DNA of 64,000 bases from Candidatus Omnitrophota bacterium (GTDB lineage Bacteria; Omnitrophota; Gorgyraeia; Gygaellales; Profunditerraquicolaceae), in assembly GCA_041651115.1 (NCBI GenBank), contig JBAZJY010000001.1, positions 69,165 to 133,164 of the forward strand, written 5' to 3'. The position numbers and the translations under genes were made by a program. Position 1 is the first letter of the stretch, and each line of letters starts with the position of its first letter. Under the pieces are notes generated by a model. It saw nothing but the letters and a program-made list of their open reading frames with translations, was not told the origin of the DNA and did no database searches. Shown here one piece after another: positions 1 through 9,043 of this stretch.

Positions 1-1
1 A

Positions 2-169
2 AAAAGGCTGTGGCTGGTTTTTTCCGCATGGCATACGGAACTTCTGGATGATGCCCCGGGAAAACAGAAGCTTAAGGCATGGGTTGACCGTAATTTTACC
101 CCGATCGGCAGCCGCGCATTCGCCGGAGTCAGGGTATTCCTCTATGAGATCCCCTTGCATAACTAATCC
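2..169 (+). CDS. 3' end of an upstream gene entering the window; product unknown
   Basis: Frame 2 is open from the window edge to TAA at 167-169 (55 codons). No homology recognised. Confidence 0.3.
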
Positions 170-226
170 ATTATGCTACAATAACATGATTGGGAATATG
201 CCTATATACCATTGAAAGGAAGCTTT

Positions 227-1177
227 ATGTTCAGGGAAAAGATCAAGGTTCTTGATTGCACAATAAGAGACGGCGGGCTGATAAATAATCACGATTTTGA
301 CCTTAAATTCGTGCGCGCGGTATATAAGGCGCTTGCCGAGGCCGGTGTGGATTATATGGAGATCGGTTATAAGAACTCCAAGCGGTTGTTTTCGCCTAAA
401 GAATACGGCAGATGGAAATTCTGCGAGGACGATGACATTCGCGCGGTGGTTGACGGCGTTGATTCGCGCACGAAGATCTCCGTGATGGTTGACGTGGACA
501 GGGTAGACATGGACGATATCAAGCCGCGTAAGGAAAGCCCGGTATCCATGATCCGGGTCGCCTCCTATGTAAAAGACATAGATAAGGCGATATATATGGT
601 CAATCAGTTCGCGGATAAAGGCTATGAAACTACGGTTAATATCATGGCGATATCCAAAGCGCTTGACAACGAGCTGAATGAATGCCTGCATCAGCTTGAA
701 GAAGAAAGCAAGGCAGGAGTTATTTATATCGTGGATAGTTTCGGCGCGCTGTATCAGGAAACTACCGAGTTCCTGATAAAAAAGGCAAAGAGTATCCTGA
801 AAACAAAAGAAGTGGGGATACACGCGCATAATAACCAGCAACTCGCCTTTTCCAATACTATTGAAGCGATAATCCACGACGCGAATTTTGTTGACGGCAC
901 AATCTATGGCCTGGGCAGGGCAGCAGGCAACTGCCCGCTGGAACTGCTTCTGGGTTTTTTAAAGAATCCAAAGTTTGACATCCGTCCGGTGCTGGACGTG
1001 ATCTCAAAAGAGTTTATTCCTCTAAGAGAAAAGATGGAATGGGGTTATATTATTCCTTATGCCATTACCGGCATATTGGATGAGCATCCGCGTTCCGCGA
1101 TCGCGCTGCGCGACAGCGACAAAAAAGAAAATTACCGCGAATTTTACGAAAGTCTCGTCGGCGAGGACGAAGACTAG
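227..1177 (+). CDS. HMGL-like / DRE-TIM metallolyase family aldolase (4-hydroxy-2-oxovalerate aldolase / pyruvate carboxyltransferase-domain protein)
   Basis: Motifs CTIRDGG, DSFG and HAHNN...GLGRAAGNCPLE are typical of the HMGL-like TIM-barrel family. ATG at 227 follows the RBS GAAAGGAAG; the ORF track begins at TTG 212. Confidence 0.65.
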   Translation: MFREKIKVLDCTIRDGGLINNHDFDLKFVRAVYKALAEAGVDYMEIGYKNSKRLFSPKEYGRWKFCEDDDIRAVVDGVDSRTKISVMVDVDRVDMDDIKPRKESPVSMIRVASYVKDIDKAIYMVNQFADKGYETTVNIMAISKALDNELNECLHQLEEESKAGVIYIVDSFGALYQETTEFLIKKAKSILKTKEVGIHAHNNQQLAFSNTIEAIIHDANFVDGTIYGLGRAAGNCPLELLLGFLKNPKFDIRPVLDVISKEFIPLREKMEWGYIIPYAITGILDEHPRSAIALRDSDKKENYREFYESLVGEDED

Positions 1178-1819
1178 ATGGATATCGCGAAGTTTAAGCA
1201 GCTGCCGGTGATGGGCGTTTTGCGCGGAGTAAAGCCGGATGTTCTGCTGCCGCTTTTGGATGTCGCTGCCAACGCAGGCCTTGAGACTGTTGAAATTACC
1301 ATGAACACCAAGGATGCCTCCTCGCTTATCCGGCAGGCAGTTAAATCTTATGCCGGCCGCCTTTGCGTAGGTGCGGGAACGGTCCTGGACTTAAAGGGCC
1401 TTAAAGAGGCGCTTGAAGCCGGGGCAACGTTCATCGTTACGCCGGTGCTGGTTGAAGACGTGGCGCAATACTGCGCAAAAAATAAAATACCGGTTTTTCC
1501 CGGCGCGCTTACGCCGCTGGAAGTTTACCGGGCATGGCAGGCAGGAGCAACAATGGTCAAGGTTTTTCCTGCCAAGGTTTTTGGCCCGGAGTATTTTAAA
1601 GAATTGAAGGGCCCGTTCCAGGATATTGAATTGCTCGCCTGTGGAGGTGTTACTCCGGAAAGTATGCAGGCTTATTTTGATAACGGAGCAAGCGCAATAA
1701 CTTTCGGGGCAAGCGTTTTTAGGAAAGACCTGATTGATAAAAAAGATTACGCAACGATCAGCTTGAATATAGGCAGATATTTATCCGGTTTTAAGCGCCG
1801 GGCCAATAATGGGAGTTAA
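1178..1819 (+). CDS. eda: 2-dehydro-3-deoxyphosphogluconate / 4-hydroxy-2-oxoglutarate aldolase
   Basis: The KDPG aldolase signature (VLRG...GLETVEIT...GAGTV...FPGA.TP.E...KVFPA) is present. Confidence 0.85.
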   Translation: MDIAKFKQLPVMGVLRGVKPDVLLPLLDVAANAGLETVEITMNTKDASSLIRQAVKSYAGRLCVGAGTVLDLKGLKEALEAGATFIVTPVLVEDVAQYCAKNKIPVFPGALTPLEVYRAWQAGATMVKVFPAKVFGPEYFKELKGPFQDIELLACGGVTPESMQAYFDNGASAITFGASVFRKDLIDKKDYATISLNIGRYLSGFKRRANNGS

Positions 1820-1825
1820 TATTTT

Positions 1826-2224
1826 ATGGCTGAAGAAGCAAAGCCCGTTGTTCCTAAGAGGATCCTTCTTGTAGACGACGACCTCGATCTATTGTTCCTG
1901 CTTTCTAAAACCATAGAATCGTGGGGTTATAAGGTAATCACCGCTTCCTCCGGGAAAGAGGCAGTTGCCTGCATGGCGCAGGCGAGCCCCGATATCCTTA
2001 TCCTTGATTATAAAATGCCGGATATGAACGGTATTGATACGCTTAAGGAGATCAGGAAGACAAATACTAAGATCCTCGCTATCCTGTTCACTGCCGACCT
2101 TGACAGCGTGCCGATAAAAGGCACCGAAAACCTTGGCATTGCCACTTTCATCCCCAAATGGTATCCCGAATCAATGCTTAAGACCGCGATCATGATGGCG
2201 GAGAAAAAGATTGATGAAAAATAA
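1826..2224 (+). CDS. Single-domain response regulator (CheY-like receiver)
   Basis: Receiver motifs are present (ILLVDDD ... phospho-acceptor Asp in ILILDYKMPDMNG ... K). There is no output domain. Confidence 0.8.
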   Translation: MAEEAKPVVPKRILLVDDDLDLLFLLSKTIESWGYKVITASSGKEAVACMAQASPDILILDYKMPDMNGIDTLKEIRKTNTKILAILFTADLDSVPIKGTENLGIATFIPKWYPESMLKTAIMMAEKKIDEK

Positions 2225-2750
2225 ACGCGTAATACCGGCATTAGTTTTATTAGCGGCTCTTTTTTTCGCTCAACCGGCAGCCGCAAAGGAAAAGCCTGCC
2301 GCGGATAAGCGCAATAAAACTTTTAAGTCTGACTTGGACGCCGATGCAAAATTTGAAGTCATCCAGGTCATTCCCGCGGTTGACCTGGCCGGTGAAACGC
2401 AGGTGAAGATCGCAAAACGCGACCGCACGGAGATCGGTAATTTCAGCGTACCGGGAAAATTCAGCAGGCTGGAGATTATTGACCTTAATGAAGACGGCTA
2501 CAAGCAAATGGCGGTATATTGCGCCGGAGAAAACGGGTTTACTAACCTCGCCGTATATAATCTTAAGAACGGCAGGCTTTCCAAGGTGTTTGCCGCAGGC
2601 AGCAGCTATGGCATAGATACGGATTTCCGCTCTGTGCTTGCCAGGATAAGGGTCGGCAGGCAATGCAAAGTCGCAGACAGGAATTCTTATACGGATATAC
2701 CGGAGTGGGATGTTTGGATATGGTCAGGGGAGAAATTTATCAAGCAATAA
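2211..2750 (+). CDS. Hypothetical secreted protein with an N-terminal signal peptide
   Basis: The hydrophobic leader LVLLAALFFAQPAAA looks like a signal peptide. No recognisable domain. Confidence 0.5.
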   Translation: MMKNKRVIPALVLLAALFFAQPAAAKEKPAADKRNKTFKSDLDADAKFEVIQVIPAVDLAGETQVKIAKRDRTEIGNFSVPGKFSRLEIIDLNEDGYKQMAVYCAGENGFTNLAVYNLKNGRLSKVFAAGSSYGIDTDFRSVLARIRVGRQCKVADRNSYTDIPEWDVWIWSGEKFIKQ

Positions 2751-3436
2751 CTCATCCGGCTATCCGGGAATCGGATATAGTTGAAACTTTTATCAGGTCT
2801 TCCGGCCCGGGCGGCCAGAACGTCAACAAGGTCTCTACCTGCGTGTATTTAAGGCATATCCCTACGGGGATTGAAGTAAAATGCCAGCGGGAGCGTTCGC
2901 AGGCGCTGAACCGCAGGCTGGCAAGGCAGCTATTGTTTCAAAAAATAGAGAGTTTGCGTTTCGCCCGTTTAGCCGAAGAGAAAAAAAAGCTTGAAAAATT
3001 AAGGCGGCAGAAACGCAAAAGATCAAGAGCGGCAAAAATAAAAATGCTTGAAGCCAAGCGCCGGCATTCCCAAAAGAAGATGTTGCGTAAACGCCCAGGC
3101 TTAGAGGCAATTTTCCTGGTTTTTCTGTTTTTAACGGCATTAATCTTGCCCGGAAATTGTTTCGGCAGCGAAGAAACCCGTCAAACAAAAACTCTTGATG
3201 GCCGCGTTGTTGATATTGATTGGGTGGCCGGGACTATCGTGGTCAGCTGGCTGCAGTCTCAGGGGCAGGTTCAATTTGACGAGACTACTTTTTTTGTGCC
3301 GGAGAATACCAGAATAACCAAAGGCTCTGATTCAATATGGCTTTCAGACCTGAATATATCCGATTCGGTAACCGTGGAATATTACAATGCTTCGCCCGGG
3401 CCGCTTACGGCAATCAGCATCAATGTAAATACGTAG
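2663..3436 (+). CDS. arfB: ArfB-like peptidyl-tRNA hydrolase (class-I release factor GGQ domain) continuous with a hydrophobic segment and an extra C-terminal domain
   Basis: SSGPGGQNVNK plus a basic K/R tail matches ArfB/YaeJ. The frame then continues without a stop into a TM-like segment (IFLVFLFLTALILPG) and about 100 further aa. The real start is probably internal (about 2720), because 2663-2750 overlaps the previous ORF. Confidence 0.7.
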   Translation: MQSRRQEFLYGYTGVGCLDMVRGEIYQAITHPAIRESDIVETFIRSSGPGGQNVNKVSTCVYLRHIPTGIEVKCQRERSQALNRRLARQLLFQKIESLRFARLAEEKKKLEKLRRQKRKRSRAAKIKMLEAKRRHSQKKMLRKRPGLEAIFLVFLFLTALILPGNCFGSEETRQTKTLDGRVVDIDWVAGTIVVSWLQSQGQVQFDETTFFVPENTRITKGSDSIWLSDLNISDSVTVEYYNASPGPLTAISINVNT

Positions 3437-3448
3437 CGATATAGTCCT

Positions 3449-3476
3449 TTGTTTTACGCCGGCATTGGTATATAAT
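3449..3476 (+). promoter_or_regulatory. Candidate sigma70 promoter (TTGTTT-16-TATAAT) upstream of the first PilZ gene
   Basis: Hexamers at 3449-3454 and 3471-3476 with a 16-nt spacer. Confidence 0.4.
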
Positions 3477-3496
3477 TATAGCAGGAGAAACAACCT

Positions 3497-3841
3497 ATGG
3501 AAGAACGCAGAGTATTTAAGCGGTTTGACGTGGATATCCCGGTAAAATTCCTTATTGTAGAAGAAAATAAGGAAGGGATGGGCAAGATCATGGATATCTC
3601 TGCCGGAGGCGTAGGTTTGGTCATTACCTTTGAAAGGATGCAGCCATTTATGCATCTGGAGCTTTGGCTTCAACTGCCCGACACCAAGGAACCCTTTCAT
3701 ACTTCCGGAAAAGTAATGTGGCTTAGGCAGGTCCAGCCTGCGGTTTTCCGGGTCGGGATCCAATTTGATAAAGTGGATTTTATGGGCATGTCAAAAGTCC
3801 TTAGGGCCAAGGGAGTGCTGCGCGACAGCCCCTCTTTATAA
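3497..3841 (+). CDS. PilZ-domain protein (c-di-GMP binding)
   Basis: RxxxR (RRVFKRF) and D-x-S-x-G-G (DISAGGVG) PilZ motifs are present. Confidence 0.8.
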   Translation: MEERRVFKRFDVDIPVKFLIVEENKEGMGKIMDISAGGVGLVITFERMQPFMHLELWLQLPDTKEPFHTSGKVMWLRQVQPAVFRVGIQFDKVDFMGMSKVLRAKGVLRDSPSL

Positions 3842-3861
3842 AGGCTTAAGCCGGCAGCTTG

Positions 3862-4182
3862 ATGCAAGAGCGAAGAATCTTTGAGCGGTTTAAAGTAAAT
3901 ATCCCGTTCCGGTTCATGGAAACAGCAAGGAACCGGGAGGGCGTTGGCGAAGTCACCGATATCAGCGCCAGCGGCGCGGGAATGATCGTTACCTGCGGGA
4001 AGCTGGAAGATGCGGCGCGATTGGATATGTGGCTTGAGATACCCGGCAGGCCAGAGCCGCTGCATGCCAAAGGCAGGGTGAGTTGGCTCAAAACCATTGT
4101 CCCCGGTATATTCAGGATCGGCATCATCTTTGACAAAGTAGATTTTATGGCGATTGCGCAGGCGCTGAAATTAAAGGTATAA
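3862..4182 (+). CDS. PilZ-domain protein, tandem paralogue of the preceding gene
   Basis: RRIFERF and DISASGAGM motifs. The product shares its overall layout with 3497-3841 and has a similar C-terminal FDKVDFM motif. Confidence 0.8.
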   Translation: MQERRIFERFKVNIPFRFMETARNREGVGEVTDISASGAGMIVTCGKLEDAARLDMWLEIPGRPEPLHAKGRVSWLKTIVPGIFRIGIIFDKVDFMAIAQALKLKV

Positions 4183-4326
4183 TCGGGGCGCCAAAGAAAT
4201 ATTCTCTTGTATTTCCGGATATTTTTGCTATACTTAGATAAGTTAACTTAGTGCCCCCGCAGTCTTGTTTTATCGGAAGCCCGCGTTTTTTTAGTCAGAT
4301 CCGCTCTTCCGTTATTACCTAAATTA

Positions 4327-4354
4327 TTGACTTATAGTAGAAATTAGGTATAAT
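4327..4354 (+). promoter_or_regulatory. Sigma70 promoter (TTGACT-16-TATAAT) for rpsO-pnp
   Basis: Near-consensus hexamers at 4327-4332 and 4349-4354. Confidence 0.6.
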
Positions 4355-4420
4355 ATTATTCTAAGTTTCAAAACACCCGGACCTATTGGTTGGTTTGGTG
4401 TGCATTTTCTATGCTAGGAG

Positions 4421-4699
4421 GTGGAGAAATTGGCTTTAGTGAAAGATAACAAGAAGAAGATCATTGACGACTTTAAGGCCCATGGCCGCGATACCGGTTC
4501 GGCTGAAGTCCAGATCGCGCTTTTAAGCGAGCGGATCAATATCTTAGGCGAACATTTTAAGTCGCATAAGAAAGATTTCCACTCCCGGCGCGGGCTTTTA
4601 GCCATGGTAGGCAGGCGGCGCAGGCTCCTTAACTATATCAAGCATAAGGATGCCGCTAAATACGAACAAATATTGGATAAGCTTGGCCTGAGAAAATAA
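4421..4699 (+). CDS. rpsO: 30S ribosomal protein S15
   Basis: The conserved S15 sequence ([35 protein letters not shown]) is present. The start is GTG 4421 or TTG 4430, after an AGGAGG RBS. Confidence 0.9.
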   Translation: MEKLALVKDNKKKIIDDFKAHGRDTGSAEVQIALLSERINILGEHFKSHKKDFHSRRGLLAMVGRRRRLLNYIKHKDAAKYEQILDKLGLRK

Positions 4700-4733
4700 T
4701 TTTCAGGAAACTATCCTTAAGAAAGGTATAATT

Positions 4734-6818
4734 ATGCAAGTGGGGACAATGAAGATCAATTTCGGCAAGAATGAGCTCCTTCTGGAAACCGGCAAGGTTG
4801 CCAAGCAGGCAAACGGCTCGGTGGTTGTCCAGTATGGAGGGACAGTCATCCTGGTTACGGCATGCATGTCAAAAGAGCCGCGCGAGGGGCTGGGGTTTTT
4901 CCCTTTAACCGTTGAATATCAGGAAAAGACTTATGCCGCAGGCAGGATACCCGGAGGTTTTTTCAAGCGGGAAGGCCGGCCTTCCGAAAGTGAGATCTTA
5001 ACCGCCCGTCTTATTGACCGGCCGATCCGGCCGTTATTCCCCAAAGGCATTTTTAACGACGTGCAGATCATTGCCGTTGTGCTTTCCAGCGATGGAGAGA
5101 ACGACCCTGACATTTTAGCGGTGACCGGCGCTTCAGCCGCGTTAACCATTTCCGATATACCGTTTAACGGGCCGCTTGGCTGCTGCCGCGTGGCTTATGT
5201 AGATAAGCAATTCGTCTTAAACCCCACTTATGCCGAGCTTGAAAAAGCAGAATTAGAAGTTGTGCTTGCTGCCAACGCTAACGGCGTAATGATGCTGGAG
5301 TCCAAGGCCAAAGAAGTATCAGAGGAGCTTTATATTGAGGCGGTAAAATTCGCCAATGAAAGCATCCAGCCCATATTAAAGTTTCAGGAAGAGCTTAGGA
5401 AAAAATTCGGTAAGCCAAAGACAGAAGTCCCGTATAAGAAAATTTCTCCCGAATTGCTCAAACAGGTAGAATCATTGGCTGCGGAAAAACTAAAAGAAAT
5501 CTATAAGCTCGGCAATAAGGATGAAAGAGAAGACCAGATCAGCCTGTTATCTAAAACGCTGGGGGAAAAACTCGCTTCTGACGAATGCACTGCTTCCGAT
5601 ATCAAAATGGCATTGGTGGAAGTGGAAGAAACGCTGGTAAGAAGGAAGATCCTTGAAGAGAACGTGCGCATAGACGGCAGGGGCTTTAAAGAGATCCGCC
5701 CGATCACCTGTGAAGTTGCCGTATTGCCGCGCACTCACGGTTCAGCCTTATTTACCCGCGGCCAGACGCAAAGCCTTTCAGTCACTACCCTCGGCACCGG
5801 AGAGGACGAGCAACTCGTAGAAGCCCTGGAAGGTGAAAAATCAAAATCGTTCATGCTGCATTACAGTTTTCCGCCTTTTAGCGTCGGAGAAACTGCCCCG
5901 ATGCGCGGCCCCGGACGCCGGGAGATCGGCCACGGCGCGCTTGCGGAAAAAGCGCTTTTAGCGGTAATGCCGGCTAAAGAAAAATTTCCTTATACGATCA
6001 GGGTAGTTTCGGAAATCCTGGAATCTAACGGCTCTTCAAGTATGGCCACGGTCTGCGCGTCAACGCTTTCGCTTATGGACGCGGGTGTGCCGATAAAGGA
6101 CGCGGTCAGCGGCATTGCCTTAGGTTTGATAAAGGAAGGCCCGAAGGCATTAATACTAAGCGATATTGCCGGATTAGAAGATCATTTTGGCGATATGGAT
6201 TTTAAGGTTGCCGGCACTGCGCAGGGAATTACCGCGGTGCAGCTTGACCTTAAGATTGATGGGATCCCCGTTGACCTCCTGGATAAGTGCCTTCAGCAGT
6301 CAAAAGAAGGCAGGCTCTTTATTTTAGGGAAAATGAACGAGGCTTTAAAACAGCCGCGCCAGGAATTATCAACTTATGCCCCGCGCATTGAAGTTTTAAA
6401 GATCAACCCGGAAAAGATCGGCGGTTTGATCGGCCCCGGAGGCAAGACGATCAAAAAGATCATTGCCACTACCGGCGCCAGCATTGATATCCAGGATGAC
6501 GGGACAGTCTTTGTCGGTTCAACCGACGCGGTGAAATCCCAGGAAGCGATCAAGCTGATCAGGGCGATCACCGACGACGTTGAGGTCAACCGTATCTATT
6601 TCGGAAAGGTAAAACGTATTATGGCTTTCGGCGCTTTCGTGGAGATCGCTCCCGGCAAAGAAGGGCTGGTGCATGTTTCCGAATTAGCCGACACTTTCGT
6701 GAAAGACGTGGACAGCGTGGTGAAGATCGGCGATGAATTCAAGGTCAAGGTCATAGGCATAGACGAGCTTGGCAGGATCAACTTGAGTAAAAAGCAGGTC
6801 CCGCCGGAAGATCGATAG
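4734..6818 (+). CDS. pnp: Polynucleotide phosphorylase / polyadenylase
   Basis: A 694-aa product with two RNase PH domains, then KH and S1 domains. It lies directly downstream of rpsO, as in the canonical operon. Confidence 0.95.
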   Translation: MQVGTMKINFGKNELLLETGKVAKQANGSVVVQYGGTVILVTACMSKEPREGLGFFPLTVEYQEKTYAAGRIPGGFFKREGRPSESEILTARLIDRPIRPLFPKGIFNDVQIIAVVLSSDGENDPDILAVTGASAALTISDIPFNGPLGCCRVAYVDKQFVLNPTYAELEKAELEVVLAANANGVMMLESKAKEVSEELYIEAVKFANESIQPILKFQEELRKKFGKPKTEVPYKKISPELLKQVESLAAEKLKEIYKLGNKDEREDQISLLSKTLGEKLASDECTASDIKMALVEVEETLVRRKILEENVRIDGRGFKEIRPITCEVAVLPRTHGSALFTRGQTQSLSVTTLGTGEDEQLVEALEGEKSKSFMLHYSFPPFSVGETAPMRGPGRREIGHGALAEKALLAVMPAKEKFPYTIRVVSEILESNGSSSMATVCASTLSLMDAGVPIKDAVSGIALGLIKEGPKALILSDIAGLEDHFGDMDFKVAGTAQGITAVQLDLKIDGIPVDLLDKCLQQSKEGRLFILGKMNEALKQPRQELSTYAPRIEVLKINPEKIGGLIGPGGKTIKKIIATTGASIDIQDDGTVFVGSTDAVKSQEAIKLIRAITDDVEVNRIYFGKVKRIMAFGAFVEIAPGKEGLVHVSELADTFVKDVDSVVKIGDEFKVKVIGIDELGRINLSKKQVPPEDR

Positions 6819-6851
6819 ATCTCAATTTTTTCAGGTAAGCGATTACCAAAA

Positions 6852-9041
6852 GTGAAAGAAAAAAGAATAAACGAAATTAAAGGCGTAATTCTTTTTGCCG
6901 CGGGCCTGATCATCCTTGTCAGCCTGTTATCGTTTACTCCTTTTGACCTTTCTTTTTACACCTCCCATCCTAATATCCCCCCGAAGAACCTTATCCGCGG
7001 TTTTGGCGCGTATTTTTCCGGGATACTTTTCTTTTTATTCGGCTGGTCAAGCTATTGCATCCCCGGGCTGGTATTGCTTATCGCGGTAAAATTATTTAAA
7101 CAAGAAAAACCTGATTTGCGCATTCCCCGTTTTGTGGGCATCCTCGTATTATTACTTGCCTTAAGTTCGCTGCTTGCGACCTTCAGCCTGAAAAATGCGG
7201 CAATGAGATTCTCTCATGCCGGTTACCTCGGGTATGTTATTTCCAGCTTTGTGACGAATTATTTCGGTAAGATCGGGGCAACCGTGCTTTTTGTGACCCT
7301 GATCATTCTTTCCGCCGCGCTGGTAACCGATATATTGATCTCGACCTTCTTTGCCAATATCGCCGGCTATTTTAAGTCTCTCTTTAAACCGTTATTTTCC
7401 TTTAAGCCGAGGCCGCGCATAAAAGATAAGCCGGTTTTTGAGCCGTCAAAAGCAATAAAGAAGCCTTCTGAACCATTGATAAAAGTAAAGAATGGTGCAA
7501 TTGATATTACGCCTAAACAGCCTGCGCCGTTGATCAAGCCCAACATTCAGATAAAGCAGGCAAAGCCGGCTGCTGCGGTTGAAGTAAAGCAAAGGCCGCC
7601 GGAATTAAAGATCGGCGATTATAATTTGCCTTCATTAGAGCTGCTTGATTCTCCGCCGCCGCTTGAAGCAAGACACATCAAAGATGACCTTGAGGCAAAC
7701 GCGCGTATCCTTGAGGCGACCCTGGAAGATTTCAGCATTTCCGCCAAGGTTACGGATATTGAGCGCGGGCCGGTGATCACCCGCTATGAACTTGAACCTG
7801 CTCCGGGCGTTAAGTTAAACCGCATTGTCGCCCTTGGCGATGACATTGCCCTGGCAATGAAAGCGCAGTCGGTAAGGATTGTTGCGCCCATACCCGGAAA
7901 GGCAAGGGTCGGCGTAGAAGTGCCTAATTCCCAAAGTAGCCTCGTTTACCTTAGGGACCTGCTTGTATCGGGAGAATTCCAAAAATCAGAATCAAAGCTT
8001 ACGCTTGCCCTTGGAAAAGACATTGCCGGGTATCCGGTAGTGGCTGACCTGGGCGATATGCCGCATTTACTTATTGCCGGTACCACCGGCGCGGGAAAAA
8101 CAGTCTGCGTGAATACCCTGATATTGTCTATGCTTTACCGCTGTTCTCCCAATGACCTGAAATTCCTGATGGTTGATCCGAAGATGGTAGAGCTGGCGCC
8201 GTTTAACGGCTTGCCGCATCTGCTTTGCCCGGTAGTTACCGACGCGAAAAAAGCCGCCGTTGCCCTTGGCTGGGTGGTCAGCGAAATGGAAGACCGTTAT
8301 CAACTTTTGGCAAAAGCCAGCGCCAGGAACATTGATGCTTATAATGCCAAGCAGGAAGACAAGATACCTTATATCGTAGTGATTATCGATGAAATGGCAG
8401 ACTTAATGATGGTTGCCCGCGACCAGATTGAAAGCGCGATCACCCGCCTGGCGCAGCTATCGCGCGCCGTAGGCATTCATTTGATCATGGCAACGCAGAG
8501 GCCGTCAGTTGACGTTATCACCGGCGTAATTAAAGCCAATTTCCCCGCGCGTATCTCATTTAAAGTCGCTTCTAAGGTTGATTCCCGCACCGTGCTTGAC
8601 ATGAACGGCGCGGATAAGCTTTTGGGTAAAGGGGACATGCTTTTCTTGCGTCCGGGAGAAGCAAAATTAACCCGCGCTCAAGGCTCGCTGGTAAAAGATA
8701 AAGAGATTGAGCGGGTAGTGGATTTTATCAAGGCGCAGGCCGAACCGGTTTACGACGAAGAGATACTCAAGGAGTCGCATAAATCCGGGGTCGGCGGCGG
8801 CGAAAAAGACGATATGTATGATGAGGCGGTAAGGGTGATCATTGAGAGCAATCAGGCATCAGTATCTATACTGCAGAGAAGGCTGCGCCTGGGCTATACG
8901 CGCGCCGCGCGCATCATTGACACAATGGAACAGGAAGGATTAGTCGGCCCGTTTGAAGGCAGTAAGCCGCGCAGGATCCTTGTTGACCGGGATGCCTGGT
9001 TGAGGAATCAGGTTATGCCCGCGGAAGAAGGGACCCAATAA
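6852..9041 (+). CDS. ftsK: DNA translocase FtsK
   Basis: N-terminal TM helices, a proline-rich linker, the Walker A motif GTTGAGKT, and a C-terminal winged-helix gamma domain (ILQRRLRLGYTRAARIID). Confidence 0.9.
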   Translation: MKEKRINEIKGVILFAAGLIILVSLLSFTPFDLSFYTSHPNIPPKNLIRGFGAYFSGILFFLFGWSSYCIPGLVLLIAVKLFKQEKPDLRIPRFVGILVLLLALSSLLATFSLKNAAMRFSHAGYLGYVISSFVTNYFGKIGATVLFVTLIILSAALVTDILISTFFANIAGYFKSLFKPLFSFKPRPRIKDKPVFEPSKAIKKPSEPLIKVKNGAIDITPKQPAPLIKPNIQIKQAKPAAAVEVKQRPPELKIGDYNLPSLELLDSPPPLEARHIKDDLEANARILEATLEDFSISAKVTDIERGPVITRYELEPAPGVKLNRIVALGDDIALAMKAQSVRIVAPIPGKARVGVEVPNSQSSLVYLRDLLVSGEFQKSESKLTLALGKDIAGYPVVADLGDMPHLLIAGTTGAGKTVCVNTLILSMLYRCSPNDLKFLMVDPKMVELAPFNGLPHLLCPVVTDAKKAAVALGWVVSEMEDRYQLLAKASARNIDAYNAKQEDKIPYIVVIIDEMADLMMVARDQIESAITRLAQLSRAVGIHLIMATQRPSVDVITGVIKANFPARISFKVASKVDSRTVLDMNGADKLLGKGDMLFLRPGEAKLTRAQGSLVKDKEIERVVDFIKAQAEPVYDEEILKESHKSGVGGGEKDDMYDEAVRVIIESNQASVSILQRRLRLGYTRAARIIDTMEQEGLVGPFEGSKPRRILVDRDAWLRNQVMPAEEGTQ

Positions 9042-9043
9042 AA

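Noticed and set aside
176-877. 233-aa minus-strand ORF
   Set aside because: It is entirely antisense to the well-supported HMGL-like aldolase gene and has no recognisable motifs. It is a typical shadow ORF.
4183-4326. Possible small RNA or terminator downstream of the second PilZ gene
   Set aside because: Only weak, irregular inverted repeats with a T-run (CCCGCGTTTTTTT). No convincing stem could be drawn by eye.
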